Source: Phoronis australis
Lineage: Eukaryota; Animalia; Phoronida
Length of the DNA: 64,000 nt
NCBI GenBank assembly: GCA_002633005.1
Contig: NMRA01000264.1
Coordinates: forward strand, 145,102-209,101
Direction of reading: 5' to 3'
The translations under genes were made by a program, and so were the position numbers. Shown in pieces: positions 61,657-64,000 of the stretch; positions within the stretch are counted from its first letter, which is position 1, and each line of letters begins with the position of its first letter. Below the pieces are notes generated by a model, which saw only the letters and a list, made by a program, of their open reading frames with translations, made no database searches and was not told the DNA's origin.

Positions 61657-63350
61657 GACTAGGTACCACTGTGTATTTTTCTTTCATAGACCCCGAAATT
61701 GCACACAGCTGGGGTAGGTCTGCTCGTCACCTCGCCATGAAATATATTTGAACATGTAAAGCTAAATACCGGACAGGGTGCTTGCAAAATTTGGGAGTCA
61801 ACCAACACTCACCTTGCCCGTTACAACCATTTAAGTGGAAAACAATGCAACAAACGTCATTTTCTTGCGTCATTCTCGACCTTTTGTTACAATGAAAAGA
61901 ATGTTGTCGTTTTGAAAACAGTACGTTTGTGTCACGCGCACGCGCCATTTCCTAAATTTTTACAACAACTTCGCAGTCAGCAAAATTAGTTCAGAAAGTC
62001 GGTTTTTTGGTATCAAAATTTTAAACACTTGTAACTAAATGAAACCAGTTCTGATAGTTTGTTGTGACATCTACGCAACCTCGTGGAAGAAGTACAGTTG
62101 ATTAAAGAATCGGTGAAAAAAAGAAACTGGCTAATAGGTGACGCAATATTTCATGGCGCTGAAAGCCGTCGCTAAAGAACGCTCCACAACTTTACAGCAG
62201 AATAACAGTAGAACTCCATTTTTTCTAACACCGTTAAATAATTTAGTTTACTCAAGGAAGACTGTAGTTTTTAATGACACTAATTTTGTTTCAGATTTTA
62301 TCTTACCACTTTTTTTACCCTCGTCAGCGCAAAGCTGTATATTTAGTATACAGCTTTGCGCCAAGGCTATCTGCCACGGTGCCGCCACTGTGACTGGTTT
62401 AGTGTGTCTGTGGGAAACCCAAGACTAAGCAGCCCCAGTCAGTCATCTGGCCGTGTTATTTGGTACGTCAATCCTTGCGGGGTAGGGTCCGTAGTCCTCA
62501 AGCCTAACTTGCCAACGGATAGTTATCGCCAACAGGTGGCGATAACTTTTGTGTGTATATATTCTGAAAACCAGAAATACCAGCAAGATGTAGCATGATT
62601 ATGCACACGATGAACAGAGTTCTCATGATCGACACCATTACGGATTTTGTTGAGTAAACAAGTATTTAACAGTCTTACAAGCTATCATCAATTCAATATC
62701 AAGTCTCAGGCGCAAACAGCTTGCATTGCGCACTTGCTATCTTGTTGCTTTTTGAATACGAGTAGTAATGAGTTGAAATGTTAACGCAAAATTGAATTTG
62801 TTTTTGACACTTCACATTAATGTACTTTTCGAGTGTAGGTGGACACCTTTTGAGGCAGCTGAAGTATTTAAATATTTCCAGCTCAATCCATTACTTCTGC
62901 AATCTATACTGTATCTGTTATGTACGCTTATCAACACCGTATTTGTGATGTACACTTCATATTCCTCATACCTTAAGAACTGGCACATTAAATCTTCATT
63001 TCCTCCAACAGTTAGCTGCCAAAAAAAACACAAAAAGTGAGTTAATACACTTTAGCTCACAGAATTGATTTGCACTCCTTCTTGCATTAGACCTTGATTA
63101 TCAGCAAGAAAACCATCTGTAACTCGAGAGTTTATTGGGGGGTTGTCCAACCCTAGCTGAGCTGGCTCAGTTCAGACACTAGTACTGTTTAGGCTAACGC
63201 TAAATGTGATTTCCAAAATGGTGCATGCAGGCAGAGTATACAGAAACAATATCATAGATTTATCTTTATGTTTGGATTCTAAAATTTTAAAAGTAATAAG
63301 TGCATAATTGACGATTCTTTGACATTTGTTTTAGTCCAATAAACTAAATC

Positions 63351-63517
63351 ATGGACCAGGACCAGGCTCGCGTTTTGTTTGAAGAAGGCGCCACATTGGT
63401 TTTGTTGGACGTCCCTGTGGGAACAGAGTTTGGCATTGATTACAACAGTTGGCAAGCGGGTCCCAAGTTCAAAGGCATCAAGATGATTCCCCCTGGCATT
63501 CATTTTGTTTATTACAG
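63351..63517 (+). CDS. AAR2: AAR2 (U5 snRNP assembly factor), first coding exon; gene continues beyond the window
   Basis: [55 protein letters not shown]|gtaagt matches the AAR2 N-terminal signature GTEFGID..GPKFxGxKMIPPGxHF; acceptor ttttag ends at 63334. Confidence 0.93.
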
Positions 63518-63529
63518 GTAAGTGTTTAA

Positions 63530-63990
63530 TAAGTAATTTCTTAAACTTGTTAATATGTGGCATGTTGGGGTAACCAACTCCCCCTTGTGTACGTTTTGTA
63601 AGACTGAACCTGAGACTTTGCTTCACTTATACTGGCAATGTGATGTTGTTCAAAATTTTTGGAACAACGTTGAAGGTTGGGTTAGAAGCAAAACTAATAT
63701 TTCCCTTGGTACAAATGTGCTTACAGTTTTCTTTGGAAACAGATGTAGAAGCCAGCCAATTCAAAATTTAATCCTGTGTCTCAGCAAGTTCCATTTATAT
63801 AAGCAACGTCTCAAGGGTAAACCTCCAAATTTAATTGTATTAACAAAAGAAATTAACAGTTATTACTCCAGTGAAAAACATATTTATTCAAAAAATTTAC
63901 AAATGGAAAAATTTACAAACAGGTGGTCACAAATGCATAATTTGATAGCAATGTAAGGATATTTTATCATTCCAAAATACTCTCCCCCCT
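63530..63990 (+). mobile_element. 5'-truncated non-LTR retrotransposon (L1/Tx1-like) ORF2 C-terminus with zf-RVT domain
   Basis: ORF 63555-63956 contains CTFC-x5-ETLLHLYWQC..FW (RT-associated zinc finger) and ends ..KFTNRW; lies in an AAR2 intron. Confidence 0.8.
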
Positions 63991-64000
63991 CCTTTTTTTT

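Noticed and set aside
45000-63300. Numerous 60-110 aa ORFs in the ORF track
   Set aside because: No domain signatures or consistent splice chains; many lie in repeats or in the duplicated flank.

Overview
Intron-rich, AT-rich animal genomic DNA from an invertebrate, probably a lophotrochozoan or mollusc (inferred from the gene and repeat content, not proven). Three protein-coding genes were reconstructed by hand from GT-AG boundaries and continuity of reading frame. (1) The 3' part of a Dscam gene on + (2330-29287; 29 exons; Ig7-Ig9, FN1-4, Ig10, FN5-6, TM and a ~580-aa cytoplasmic tail ending YTVV*), with no mutually exclusive exon arrays in the part visible. (2) A convergent - strand gene (34215-44959, probable first coding exon 58509-58540) encoding a ~1140-aa protein. 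It has a complete lamin-length intermediate-filament rod, a Pro-rich linker and an LMNTD1/2-type lamin-tail domain, no CaaX, and two alternative C-termini. (3) The first coding exon of AAR2 on + (63351-63517), probably sharing a bidirectional promoter with gene 2 near 58.6-58.9 kb. Introns hold many MITEs and non-autonomous DNA transposons (Helentron-associated elements carrying CTCF-like motifs, a nested Harbinger-like MITE, a Mutator-like foldback with a 9-bp TSD, an apparently polymorphic pogo-like insertion), a LINE 3' fragment and minisatellites. Three duplications adjoin N's and are most likely uncollapsed haplotypes. All homology statements come from recalled motifs; no database search was run.
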